64,000 bases of DNA. Origin: Dehalococcoidales bacterium (GTDB lineage Bacteria; Chloroflexota; Dehalococcoidia; Dehalococcoidales; RBG-16-60-22). Positions 1 to 10,472 of the stretch are shown in pieces. The stretch spans positions 4,563 through 68,562 of the forward strand of contig JBAZGT010000009.1 of the NCBI GenBank assembly GCA_041652735.1, given 5' to 3'. Made by a program: the position numbers and the translations under genes. The notes beneath the pieces were generated by a model. It ran no database searches. It saw nothing but the letters and a program-made list of their open reading frames with translations, and was not told the origin of the DNA. The number at the start of each line of letters is the position of its first letter. Within the stretch, counting starts at the first letter, position 1.

Positions 1-794
1 CCGGCGGCATCGCCCACCGCCACTATTCTTTCACCGTAAGTGCGCGCCGGCGGCTTAAGCGGGATCGCCCCGTAGTGTAATTTAACGTCGGCGGAAGTTA
101 CTTTACCCTGCTCCGCCAGGCGTTCCAGCCACTTTTTCAGTTTTCGCCCCGCTTCCCGCCGTGCTAAAAGCCCCACTTTACCCCGGCCCGGCGTAGTAGG
201 CACCAGCCAGCCGAAGAACCCCGGCGCCATGTCCCCGAACCAGACCTCTGTCTCTTCCAGTCCCGGAGTCTCCGTTTCCACCTGCACGCCGATAACGTAG
301 TCTTTAGATACTCCCAGCCCCACCCGCTCGCTCAAGCCGGGCGTAAAGCCGGCGGCCAGTACGGCCGCCCTCCCCTGTATTGTCGATGCTTTGTTGTTAT
401 AAGAGACGGTAACGGCGGCATGCCCGCCTGTAACATTTATACCGGTTACCCGGGTCATAAACTGGTATTCCGCTCCGGCGCGCCGGGCCTGTTCCGCCAT
501 GGAAATGTCAAAAGCCGACCGGTCCAGCACCACGGCCTGCATTTCTGGCCGGTACACGCGCAGGCTGCCGCCGGAAGGTGAAAAAAGGGTGGCGCTGTTG
601 AGACGGCGGAGGATAACCCTGTCATCTATATTAAAGGTAGCCACGCACTCCATGCCGACCAGCCCCGTACAGCAGGACTTCTCCCCCGGACGGGGCTTCT
701 TTTCCAGCACCAGTACCTTGTAACCGTTTTCCGCCAGGCGGCGGGCAACCTCGCTCCCGGCTGGTCCGCCGCCGATAATTATCGCATCGTGCAT
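1..794 (-). CDS. FAD-dependent oxidoreductase, geranylgeranyl reductase family (C-terminal part runs off the window start)
   Basis: My own translation of the minus strand from the ATG at 794..792 gives MHDAIIIGGGPAGSEVARRLAENGYKVLVLEKK (GxGxxG fold) ... GAIPLKPP ... IVAVGDAAG. The frame is open to position 1. It is absent from the ORF track because there is no stop in the window. Confidence 0.7.
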   Translation of the reverse strand, partial: MHDAIIIGGGPAGSEVARRLAENGYKVLVLEKKPRPGEKSCCTGLVGMECVATFNIDDRVILRRLNSATLFSPSGGSLRVYRPEMQAVVLDRSAFDISMAEQARRAGAEYQFMTRVTGINVTGGHAAVTVSYNNKASTIQGRAAVLAAGFTPGLSERVGLGVSKDYVIGVQVETETPGLEETEVWFGDMAPGFFGWLVPTTPGRGKVGLLARREAGRKLKKWLERLAEQGKVTSADVKLHYGAIPLKPPARTYGERIVAVGDAA

Positions 795-1163
795 TTACTC
801 TCCGCCGGGTATCTTTGGGCCGCGCCGCCGGTATCTCTGGAAAAGGTAAATTCCCCCGGGGATGACCGTCAGCACGGCGATGGTAATCAAAGAGTTGGTC
901 AGGTTGATATCCAGGTCGAAAATAATGTTCAGGACTACCAGGGATAAAGTAATCAGGGCGATGGAAAAGCCGATAGACAGGGCAATCCTCTCCAGGAGGT
1001 GTATTTTTTTAAAGATAACCAGCGTCCAGGCAAATCCCGGCACGAAAAATACCAGTATCCCCCCGCCCACCGCCCGCAGGATTTGCAGCGGCTCGGAAAA
1101 CGTCATGGCGTATACCGGGCTCAAATCCATGTCACTATCCCACTTCCCCCAAGGATATCTCAC
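795..1163 (-). CDS. small integral membrane protein, unknown function
   Basis: 122-aa ORF with about 3 hydrophobic helices (ILVFFVPGFAWTLVIF, IALSIGFSIALITLSLVVL, LITIAVLTVIPGGIYLF). Its stop abuts the start of the downstream gene. Confidence 0.5.
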   Translation of the reverse strand: MRYPWGKWDSDMDLSPVYAMTFSEPLQILRAVGGGILVFFVPGFAWTLVIFKKIHLLERIALSIGFSIALITLSLVVLNIIFDLDINLTNSLITIAVLTVIPGGIYLFQRYRRRGPKIPGGE

Positions 1164-1189
1164 TCTAGTATAACATGATGGATACCGCG

Positions 1190-2230
1190 CTATCCGGCGA
1201 CCGGCCAGGGTAAGGTTACGGTAACCACCGTCCCTTTGCCTGGAGTGGACTTTATCTGCAAGTTGCCGTTCAGCAGCCTGGCCCGCTCATGCATGCCCAT
1301 CAGCCCCAGCCGGCCCTCGCTGACCATGCCCTCTATTTTACCGGGCATCTCAAAGCCCTGCCCGTTATCGCTAACCGTCATCTTGATGTTCTTTAACCCG
1401 CCGTCCACCTTAATGTTCACGTTGTCCGCCCCGGCGTGCTTGCGGATGTTGTTCAGGGCTTCCTGGGCGATGCGGAAAAGCAATATCTGCGTTTCCGGCG
1501 GCAGCGTCCGCTCCATATTCCTGGTTTCCACCCTGGTGCGGATGTGCTGGTCTCTCTCCAGTTCCTCGGCAATCCACTCGAGAGCGGCCACCAGTCCCAG
1601 GTCATCGATAACGCGGGGGCGCAGACCCTGGGCCGTGGCGCGCAGTCCTTCCAGCGCTTTTTCCGCCTGGTTGCGGATATCTTTCAGGTTTTCTTTGACC
1701 TTAACCAGGCTCAAGCGCTGCGCCGCGGACAGCTTGTCCAGCTTTTGAATGAGGATAATCAGGTCCGGGGAGACGTCATCGTGGAGGTCTCTGGAGATGC
1801 GCTTGCGCTCTTCCTCCTGGGCGCGGGTAATTTGCTGGAGATAGGCACGCACATTTTCCTGAGCCTGTTTTTCCTGGGTCACGTCCCGGGCAACGTGCTC
1901 AAAACCGGTTATCTTGCCATTGGATATGATGGCGTTGGTGGACATTTTGACCGTTTTGATAGAGCCGTCCTTGATGTAGAACTGCTGCTCGTAAGGCTGG
2001 TTGAGCTCCTCGCCCCGGGCCAGCCTGTTGCGCACTTCCCGGGCCAGCGCCAGCGACTCGTTGCTGAGGAATTTAGCCAGGTGGACGCCCTTGACCTCCT
2101 CCACGCTATAGCCGGTCAGTTTGTGCCACGCCTGGTTGCCGTCCATGAAAAGCCCGTTAACGTCCTGAACCCAGATAGCGTCCGAGGCGTTCTCAAACAA
2201 ATGGCGGTATTTCTGTTCGGATTCATCCAT
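1190..2230 (-). CDS. PAS-domain sensor histidine kinase (HisKA_3/NarX-DegS type)
   Basis: N-terminal PAS (FENASDAIWVQDVNG...DVTQEKQAQE), H-box RISRDLHDDVSPDL, and an HATPase_c G-boxes region (SDNGQGF, GLMGMHERA). Confidence 0.85.
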   Translation of the reverse strand: MDESEQKYRHLFENASDAIWVQDVNGLFMDGNQAWHKLTGYSVEEVKGVHLAKFLSNESLALAREVRNRLARGEELNQPYEQQFYIKDGSIKTVKMSTNAIISNGKITGFEHVARDVTQEKQAQENVRAYLQQITRAQEEERKRISRDLHDDVSPDLIILIQKLDKLSAAQRLSLVKVKENLKDIRNQAEKALEGLRATAQGLRPRVIDDLGLVAALEWIAEELERDQHIRTRVETRNMERTLPPETQILLFRIAQEALNNIRKHAGADNVNIKVDGGLKNIKMTVSDNGQGFEMPGKIEGMVSEGRLGLMGMHERARLLNGNLQIKSTPGKGTVVTVTLPWPVAG

Positions 2231-2265
2231 GGTTCGTATGGATTCTTTTGTAGAGGAAAAAGAGG

Positions 2266-2928
2266 TTACTGTATATCATCAAGGTCGATGTATCCCTGCT
2301 TAAGTCCTTTGATGATGGCGTCGGTGCGGCTACTGCAGCCGAGCTTATTGAAGATATTGGTCATGTGGGCTTTGACGGTACGCAGGCTGATAAACAGTTT
2401 TTCAGACATTTCCTTATTGCTTAGCCCGCGTGAAGCCCATTTCAGGATTTCCATCTCCCGCGAGGTCAACTGCCCGCCGGTATCGCGCTCGTCCTGGTTT
2501 TTGGAAAGGTTGGCCAGCCGTTGCACCAGCTTGCGTGTCACCTCGGGGTCGAGCACGGACTCGCCGGAGCGCACGGCGCGGATGGCTTTCACCACGTCCT
2601 TGCCGGGGGAGTTCTTTAAAAGGTAGCCGCAGGAGCCGGCTTCCAGCAGGCCGATGATATAGCGGATATCGCTGTAGGCGGTGAGTATGAGCAGGGCGGT
2701 GGATGGGCTGACCTGTTTAATTTGCTTGGTGGCTTCAACGCCGTTGAGCCGCGGCATCACGATATCCATGATAACGATATCCGGTTTCAGCTCTTTAGCC
2801 AGCCGGACGGCTTCCTCGCCGTCGGTAGCTTCTCCCACCAGTTCAAAGTCTTTTTCCTGCTCCAGGAGATTGCGCATGCCCTCTCTTAACATAGCATGGT
2901 CATCAGCGATTAATATCCTCGTTTTCAT
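2266..2928 (-). CDS. LuxR/NarL-family response regulator
   Basis: Receiver domain (ILIADDH...PDIVIMDIVMP...LTAY) plus a C-terminal HTH (LTSREMEILKWASRGLSNKEMSEKLFISLRTVKAHMTNIFNKL). It lies directly upstream of the kinase gene. Confidence 0.9.
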   Translation of the reverse strand: MKTRILIADDHAMLREGMRNLLEQEKDFELVGEATDGEEAVRLAKELKPDIVIMDIVMPRLNGVEATKQIKQVSPSTALLILTAYSDIRYIIGLLEAGSCGYLLKNSPGKDVVKAIRAVRSGESVLDPEVTRKLVQRLANLSKNQDERDTGGQLTSREMEILKWASRGLSNKEMSEKLFISLRTVKAHMTNIFNKLGCSSRTDAIIKGLKQGYIDLDDIQ

Positions 2929-3149
2929 GCCGCTCCTGTTGCCTGAGATTGCCCGGTAACTCGCTTATATTGTAGAACGTTCCGGGGAAAAGCGCAATTT
3001 TCAAAGACATAAGACTCCGGCATTAGTACTAAAGGTCGTATTTGAGTAAGACTTTAGGATTCATAATATAAGACGGCAGGGCGGTTTGGTAGATTCTCAG
3101 TAGTGTTAGCATTAAAATAGCTGAAGGTGCGCGAAACCGGGGAGGCAGC

Positions 3150-3431
3150 GTGGGGCGCAGAAAAGATAGCAAACAGGCAAACCAGGAAGACCGCCAGGAG
3201 AAGAGGAAAGCCATTCTGGCCGCCCTGGCTAGAGTCTCCGATGACGGTCAGTTGCCGGAAAGTACCGCCGATGTCTCCACGTTAGAGCCGTACGATTATT
3301 ACACCATGTCCCGCGAAGAGATAGCCGCGCTAATCAACGGCGACATGGAAAAACTGGAAAGCTGGGTAAGCAATATGGATAGAAACCACGCCACCCGGCT
3401 TTTGCGCTGGCTGATAAAAGAAAGGTGGTAA
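3150..3431 (+). CDS. hypothetical protein (93 aa, basic N-terminus)
   Basis: ORF only; I recognise no family. It sits in the gap between the two-component pair and acs. Confidence 0.35.
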   Translation: MGRRKDSKQANQEDRQEKRKAILAALARVSDDGQLPESTADVSTLEPYDYYTMSREEIAALINGDMEKLESWVSNMDRNHATRLLRWLIKERW

Positions 3432-3473
3432 TTTTAGTGCTATACTTATCATGAAACCCTGTAAGGGGAGTCA

Positions 3474-5546
<2,073 letters not shown>

Positions 5547-5556
5547 AATACGAGAT

Positions 5557-5590
5557 AAACGGCCGGGGCGGATTTTCTCTCCGGCCGTTT
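5557..5590 (+). terminator. hairpin downstream of acs (AAACGGCCGG ... CCGGCCGTTT)
   Basis: 10-bp perfect stem with a 14-nt loop, 10 nt after the acs stop. There is no clean T-run, so it is either a weak intrinsic terminator or a stabiliser. Confidence 0.35.
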
Positions 5591-5617
5591 ACTATATAAA
5601 AAGAATGGAGGATTTTC

Positions 5618-6193
5618 GTGTCACAAATCTCGACCAAGGAAGAACCATTGTGGGCAAATCCTGGCGCCCTGGGACTCGCTGCCTTCGGGTTCAACACTAT
5701 CCTGCTGCAGATACACAATCTGGGCTGGATAGCCAGCACCATGCCTCTTATTTACGGCTTTTTCTGGGGGGGCGTGGCCCAGGTTATCGCCGGCATCATC
5801 GATGGGCGGCGCGGTGATACTTTCGGCCTGACAGCCTTTACTTCTTACGGCCTGTTCTGGCTGGGTCTCAGCCTGAGTTTTCTCCTGCAATGGACGGGCG
5901 TAGTCACGCTCGATAACGCAGGACTTGGGTGGACGTTTGTCATGTGGGGTATGTTCACCGGTTTCATGACCTTCGGCACGTTCAAGATGACCAAGATTCA
6001 CATTACCATTTTCTCTACTTTAACGCTGCTTTTCTTCCTGCTGGCAGCCCACTTCTTCTGGGGCTTATCAGCAGTGGTGCCCGGCGTTGAAGGTATAATC
6101 TGCGGTCTGTCCGCGGTTTACGGAGCCGCGGCGATTGTCCTCAACAACAAATGGGGACGCACGGTTTGCCCGATGGGCGTCTGCAAAATGTAG
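5618..6193 (+). CDS. satP: GPR1/FUN34/YaaH-family acetate (succinate-acetate) channel
   Basis: Signature NPGALGLAAFGFNT at the N-terminus, 6 hydrophobic helices, GGAGG SD before the GTG start, and a position adjacent to acs. Confidence 0.8.
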   Translation: MSQISTKEEPLWANPGALGLAAFGFNTILLQIHNLGWIASTMPLIYGFFWGGVAQVIAGIIDGRRGDTFGLTAFTSYGLFWLGLSLSFLLQWTGVVTLDNAGLGWTFVMWGMFTGFMTFGTFKMTKIHITIFSTLTLLFFLLAAHFFWGLSAVVPGVEGIICGLSAVYGAAAIVLNNKWGRTVCPMGVCKM

Positions 6194-6211
6194 AGATAAG
6201 TTTTGTGTAAA

Positions 6212-6251
6212 AAAAGGGGGAGGGCAATCAAAAACCCTCCCCTTATTTTTT
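6212..6251. terminator. bidirectional rho-independent terminator between convergent satP and HIT genes
   Basis: AAGGGGGAGGG - loop - CCCTCCCCTT, flanked by an A-run upstream and a TTTTTT run downstream. Confidence 0.6.
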
Positions 6252-6272
6252 ATCCGGAGTCCGGTATAGCAG

Positions 6273-6626
6273 CTAACCCATGGTATCCAGCGGGCGCCCG
6301 CCCAGGATGTGTATATGGAAGTGGGGCACCACCTGGCCGGCCTCTTTGCCGTTATTGATGATCAGGCGGTAGCCTTTATCCGCCAGTCCCTGCTCTTTAG
6401 CCGCCCGGTTGGCCGCCATGATCATGCTGCCCGCCAGCGGGGCGTCCGCCGCCGTCAAGGCCGCTACGGACGCGATGTGCTTGACCGGGATAACCAGCAG
6501 GTGCACCGGCGCCGCCGGAGCTATATCCTCAAAGACCACGATTTCCTCGTCACGGTAGGTTATCCGCGCCGGTATTTGGCCGGCGACTATTTTACAGAAA
6601 ATACAGTCGGGATTTTTTATAGTCAT
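6273..6626 (-). CDS. HIT-family (HinT-like) nucleotide hydrolase
   Basis: CIFCKI zinc motif and histidine triad HFHIHILGG. Confidence 0.9.
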   Translation of the reverse strand: MTIKNPDCIFCKIVAGQIPARITYRDEEIVVFEDIAPAAPVHLLVIPVKHIASVAALTAADAPLAGSMIMAANRAAKEQGLADKGYRLIINNGKEAGQVVPHFHIHILGGRPLDTMG

Positions 6627-6718
6627 GATTTAAGTCTTTTCTTTAAGGGAAAATCCCTCTCTTGCGTAAAGAGGGGAAAGGGGAGATTTAGCCTTTCCCT
6701 TTTCCCCTCAACCAATAG

Positions 6719-7147
6719 CTACAGCGTCACCCACTCCTTGTGGGCAGCGGGGTCAACCGGCTTGCTCATATCCAGCACGGTGGCCTTGGCGTTCTTCAGC
6801 GTCATGACCTTAACGTAGTCCCAGCCGTTGGCGTCTACCTGGGGCTTGAGGAAGGGGCGGATTTTCAGCATTTCTTCTTTCTGGGCGTCCGTCATCTGCT
6901 TCCAGACATCGAACTTGCCGGCCACTCTCACCTGCACGCCGTTGGCGAAGTAGCAGAGCTCGACCTCCGGGTTCTTGGCAATCTGCTTGTAAACGTCCTT
7001 GACGGCCTGCATGGAAAAGATGATGCCGTCTTTCTCATTCGCTTTGTACGTGCCCATGGCGCGCACATGCGGCTTGGAACCTTCGGTCGTGGCCATGTAG
7101 GCCACCGGGTTCTTGGTGATGAATTCCAGGATTTCTTTTTTATCCAA
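6719..7147 (-). CDS. pyridoxamine 5'-phosphate oxidase-like FMN-binding protein
   Basis: 142 aa. MDKKEILEFITKNPVAYMATTEGSKPHVRAM... is a typical split-barrel PNPOx-like N-terminus. It is a tandem paralog of 7162..7566. Confidence 0.7.
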   Translation of the reverse strand: MDKKEILEFITKNPVAYMATTEGSKPHVRAMGTYKANEKDGIIFSMQAVKDVYKQIAKNPEVELCYFANGVQVRVAGKFDVWKQMTDAQKEEMLKIRPFLKPQVDANGWDYVKVMTLKNAKATVLDMSKPVDPAAHKEWVTL

Positions 7148-7161
7148 CGTAATACTCCTTC

Positions 7162-7566
7162 TTATAAATCAATAAAGGTGGTGGGGGCGGCCATATCCTG
7201 CATGCTCCAGGTGGTGGCCCGGCCCTTGAGGCGGCAGACCGCCATGCCTTCGTAGCTGTTTTCATAGGCGCCCTGCAAGAACGGCCGTTTGTTCACGATT
7301 TCCTTTTTCAGCGCCAGGTCTTCCAGTACTTCCATTTTGCCTCTCACCCTTACCTGGACGCCCTTGGCGAAGTAGCAGACCTCGACGTTAGGGTTGTCCG
7401 CAATCTGCTGGAAGACGTTTTTCATCTTGCCGGTATAGAAAATCAGGCCTTTTTCATCAGCGCGGAAGGTATCCATGCCGCGGACCCGGCCGGCTTTGCC
7501 TTCCACCGTAGCCAGGAAGCCGATGGGGTTTTCGGAGATGAACTGGAAAATCTCTTTTTTGTCCAT
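7162..7566 (-). CDS. pyridoxamine 5'-phosphate oxidase-like FMN-binding protein (paralog)
   Basis: 134 aa. MDKKEIFQFISENPIGFLATVEGKAGRVRGM... is collinear with the neighbouring ORF. Confidence 0.7.
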   Translation of the reverse strand: MDKKEIFQFISENPIGFLATVEGKAGRVRGMDTFRADEKGLIFYTGKMKNVFQQIADNPNVEVCYFAKGVQVRVRGKMEVLEDLALKKEIVNKRPFLQGAYENSYEGMAVCRLKGRATTWSMQDMAAPTTFIDL

Positions 7567-7674
7567 TTGAACACTCCTTTGAATAAATTACCGCAGGGGC
7601 ATTTTAGCATATACCGGATTTTACTTCAATGCGGGGGCGGGGGTTAAAGAAAGAAAAACCCAGTTAATCCCTGG

Positions 7675-7880
7675 TACCGACCCCTTTTCCTCTTATCCCC
7701 ACCTGCGCTAAAGCTCCGGCGGACAAGCCTCTCCTCGCTGGCAGGGAGAGGGAGGATGTATTACACAGTCGGGGACGACGGTGTGTACCCGGTACTGACC
7801 CCTTTTCCTCTTATCCCCACCTGCGCTAAAGCTCCGGCGGACAAGCCTCTCCCCGCTGGCAGGGAGAGGGAGGGAGGATG
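7675..7880 (+). repeat. composite intergenic repeat: element A - 41-nt linker - element A
   Basis: Element A is CCCCTTTTCCTCTTATCCCCACCTGCGCTAAAGCTCCGGCGGACAAGCCTCTCC(C/T)CGCTGGCAGGGAGAGGGAGG, present at 7681..7755 and 7799..7877. It contains the hairpin CCTCTCCC-CGCTGGCA-GGGAGAGG. The same composite recurs at 9549..9740. Confidence 0.9.
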
Positions 7881-7999
7881 AGTAATTTGTAGTTGGTAAT
7901 TAGTAGTTGGGGGTACTTGACCTGACCCCTTCGAAGACGACCAGGGCAGGCTTTTAACAAGGGGGAGGCGGGAAGGGGAAAAGCAGGAATACCGCCGCG

Positions 8000-8190
8000 T
8001 CACTTTGGTTCGACAGGTCCCGATTCGCTACGGTCATGCGGGATGGCGATAAAATCGCTCACTCACCATGAGCGGTTCGACAGGTCCCGATTCCCTATGG
8101 TCATGCGGGACACCGGATGAGGTGCGAATCGGTGCGGGATGGCGGTAAAATCGCTCACTCACCATGGGTTCGACAGGCTCACCATGAGCG
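8000..8190 (+). repeat. three tandem copies of element B (GGTTCGACAGG...CGCTCACTCACCATGAGCG)
   Basis: Copies start at 8007, 8074 and 8167. Each carries a CGCTCA/TGAGCG hairpin. Related copies occur at 9846, 15286, 49677 and 58404. Confidence 0.85.
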
Positions 8191-8195
8191 GATAA

Positions 8196-9281
8196 TTATT
8201 TCAGATGCCGGATGACGGCATCGGCGACCTGCGAGGTGCCCACGGCGGAGGGGTCATCGCGGGAGGGTTTCATATCGTAGGTGACGCTCTTACCCTCTTT
8301 AATGACGGCGGCGATAGCGCTTTCCAGTCGGTCCGCGGCTTCGACTTCCCCGAGGTGCCGCAGCATCAGCACGCCGGAGAGCATCATGGCCATGGGGTTG
8401 ACCTTGTTCTGGCCGGTGTATTTGGGCGCGGAGCCGTGGGTGGGCTCGAAGAGGGCGATGCCTTCCCCGATGTTGGCGCCCGGCGCCAGCCCAAGGCCGC
8501 CCACCAGCCCGGCGCAGAGGTCTGAGATAATGTCCCCGTACAGGTTGGGCGCCACGATGATATCAAACTCACCGGGACGGCGCACCAGCTGCATGCAGAG
8601 GTTATCGATAAGGACTTCATTTAGCTCAATGTCCGGGTAGTCTTTGGCGACATCCCGCGCCACGGCCAGGAAAAGCCCGTCCGAGAACTTCATGATATTG
8701 GCCTTGGTGGTGGCCGTGACTTTCCGGCGCTTGTATTTGCGGGCGTACTCGAAGGCGTATTTGACGATGCGCCGGGTGCCGAACTCCGTAATCATCTTGA
8801 TGCTGATGCCGGCGTCCGACCGGATAACGTCGCCTTTTTGCCGGTTAATAAAAGCAATAAGGTCGGCGGTTTCTTTAGTGCCCTTCTCGAACTCCACGCC
8901 GGCGTAGAGGTCTTCCGTATTTTCCCGGACGATGACGATATCCACGTCCCGGTAGGGGGTGGGGGCGCCGGGATAGGTCTTGCAGGGCCGCACGCAGGCG
9001 TAGAGGTCTAAAGCCTTGCGCAGGGCGACGTTAACGCTGCGGAAACCGGTGCCGATGGGGGTGGTTACCGGGCCCTTGATGGCCACTTTATTTTTTTTGA
9101 TGGAGGTCAGGACGCTTTCGGGGAGGGGGGTGCCTTCTTTGGCCATGACGTCCGCGCCGGCATAGGCCAATTCCCAGTTAAACTTAACGCCGGCGGCTTC
9201 CAGCACGCGGCGGGTGGCCTGCGATATTTCCGGCCCCACGCCGTCCCCCGGTATGAGTGTGATGTTATACGGCAATGTCAA
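8196..9281 (-). CDS. icd: isocitrate dehydrogenase (isocitrate/isopropylmalate dehydrogenase family)
   Basis: LIPGDGVGPE, VRENTEDLY and NLYGDIISDL blocks; 361 aa. The likely true start is the TTG two codons in (9275), which gives proper AGGAG spacing. Confidence 0.88.
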   Translation of the reverse strand: MTLPYNITLIPGDGVGPEISQATRRVLEAAGVKFNWELAYAGADVMAKEGTPLPESVLTSIKKNKVAIKGPVTTPIGTGFRSVNVALRKALDLYACVRPCKTYPGAPTPYRDVDIVIVRENTEDLYAGVEFEKGTKETADLIAFINRQKGDVIRSDAGISIKMITEFGTRRIVKYAFEYARKYKRRKVTATTKANIMKFSDGLFLAVARDVAKDYPDIELNEVLIDNLCMQLVRRPGEFDIIVAPNLYGDIISDLCAGLVGGLGLAPGANIGEGIALFEPTHGSAPKYTGQNKVNPMAMMLSGVLMLRHLGEVEAADRLESAIAAVIKEGKSVTYDMKPSRDDPSAVGTSQVADAVIRHLK

Positions 9282-9291
9282 ACTCCTGAAT

Positions 9292-9398
9292 AATTGTTTT
9301 TTATATTTTTTTTAGGGCGGCTTACGAGTGATTTGTACGTAAGCAATTGTTTTTTAATTTATGGTAAGTCAGCTATAAAATCCGGGCAATTGTTTTTT
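9292..9398 (-). promoter_or_regulatory. three direct copies of AATTGTTTTTT in the AT-rich icd upstream region
   Basis: Copies at 9292..9302, 9345..9355 and 9388..9398, with spacing of 53 and 43 bp. Function unknown. Confidence 0.25.
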
Positions 9399-9548
9399 GT
9401 TATATGTTAAGTTGCCATAATGTACGGGCGGTGTTTTAACCCGGACAGTAAAGAGTGTAGCGTAAAAGGGGGGCGGGAGGCAACAGGGGGATGTCGCGGG
9501 GAAGAGGGATGAGAGAAGGGGGAAGTAGTTGGTAGTTGGGAGTACGGA

Positions 9549-9740
9549 CCCCTTTTCCTCTTATCCCCACCTGCGCTAAAGCTCCGGCGGACAAGCCTCT
9601 CCCCGTTGACAGGGAGAGGGACGATAGATTACACAGTCAGGGACGATGGTGTGTACCCGGTACTGACCCCTTTTCCTCTTATCCCCACCTGCGCTAAAGC
9701 TCCGGCGGACAAGCCTCTCCCCGCTGGCAAGGAGAGGGAC
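9549..9740 (+). repeat. composite repeat A-linker-A (second locus)
   Basis: Element A at 9549..9621 and 9667..9740. The linker ATTACACAGTCAGGGACGATGGTGTGTACCCGGTACTG is nearly identical to that at 7760..7797. Confidence 0.9.
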
Positions 9741-9845
9741 GATAGATGGATGGCTAATTTGGGGTCAGGGTTCAAGGCAAAGGGTGAGATTGCCACGCCT
9801 GCATGCCTTAACGCACTTCGGCGTGCGGGCACGTCACTAGATTTC

Positions 9846-9975
9846 CCGTAATGACCCTTCGACAAGTCCCGATTCCTGCGTCATGCGGGATGGCGACAAA
9901 GTCGCTCACTCAGGGTGAGCGGGAGAAAAAGCGGTGAGATTGCTTCGTTACTGCGTTCCTCGCAATGACAGTTAA
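9846..9975 (+). repeat. element B-like repeat plus CCTCGCAATGACAG motif
   Basis: CCCTTCGACAAGTCCCGATTCCTGCGTCATGCGGGATGGCGACAAAGTCGCTCACTCAGGGTGAGCGG. The CCTCGCAATGACAG motif also occurs near 15310, near 36485, and inverted near 56210. Confidence 0.8.
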
Positions 9976-9976
9976 A

Positions 9977-10471
9977 CTACACCTTGATGTCCCCGTACTT
10001 TTTCACGTAGTCGATGAGGCCGCCCTCGTTGAGGATTTTGAGCATAACCGCCGGTATTTTGCCGGTGGCCAGCACGGCGCCGCTGGTAAGGTCTTTTACC
10101 GTGCCCGCCGTGAGGTCGATTTCAAGCTCATCGCCGTCATTGATTTTATCCGTATCGCAAATCAAGACGGGCAGGCCCAGGTTGATAGCGTTGCGGAAGA
10201 AAATACGGGCCACGCTCTTGGCTAAAATAGCGCTGACGCCGGCCATCTTGATGACCAGAGGGGCATGCTCGCGGCTGGAGCCCAAGCCAAAGTTATTGCC
10301 CCCCACCACGAAGTCGCCCGGTTTGACCTGCTTGGCAAAATTCACGTCCGCGTCTTCCAGAACGTGCTTGGCCAACTCCGGCAGGTTGCTGCGTAAAGAT
10401 GCATACCGCCCCGGTATGATATGGTCAGTGGAAATGCTGTCACCGAATTTATGCGCTTTGCCAATAAGCAT
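9977..10471 (-). CDS. aconitase-superfamily dehydratase small subunit (LeuD/HacB type)
   Basis: 164 aa; GDSISTDHIIPGRY and GGNNFGLGSSREHA motifs. Confidence 0.88.
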   Translation of the reverse strand: MLIGKAHKFGDSISTDHIIPGRYASLRSNLPELAKHVLEDADVNFAKQVKPGDFVVGGNNFGLGSSREHAPLVIKMAGVSAILAKSVARIFFRNAINLGLPVLICDTDKINDGDELEIDLTAGTVKDLTSGAVLATGKIPAVMLKILNEGGLIDYVKKYGDIKV

Positions 10472-10472
10472 T

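Noticed and set aside
1436-2626. 396-aa plus-strand ORF spanning the kinase/response-regulator pair.
   Set aside because: It is antisense to two genes with clear family signatures. It has the Arg/Gly/Ala/Val-rich low-complexity composition typical of shadow ORFs in GC-rich DNA, and it shows no motifs.
8007-8030. GGTTCGA(C) strings resembling a tRNA T-arm.
   Set aside because: No acceptor, D or anticodon arms can be folded around them. The motif is part of repeat element B and recurs in tandem.
7675-9975. Possible CRISPR array, because an approximately 75-bp unit repeats several times.
   Set aside because: The units are too long and irregularly spaced, separated by whole genes or a conserved linker. 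The 'spacers' are themselves repeated, and there are no cas genes in the window.
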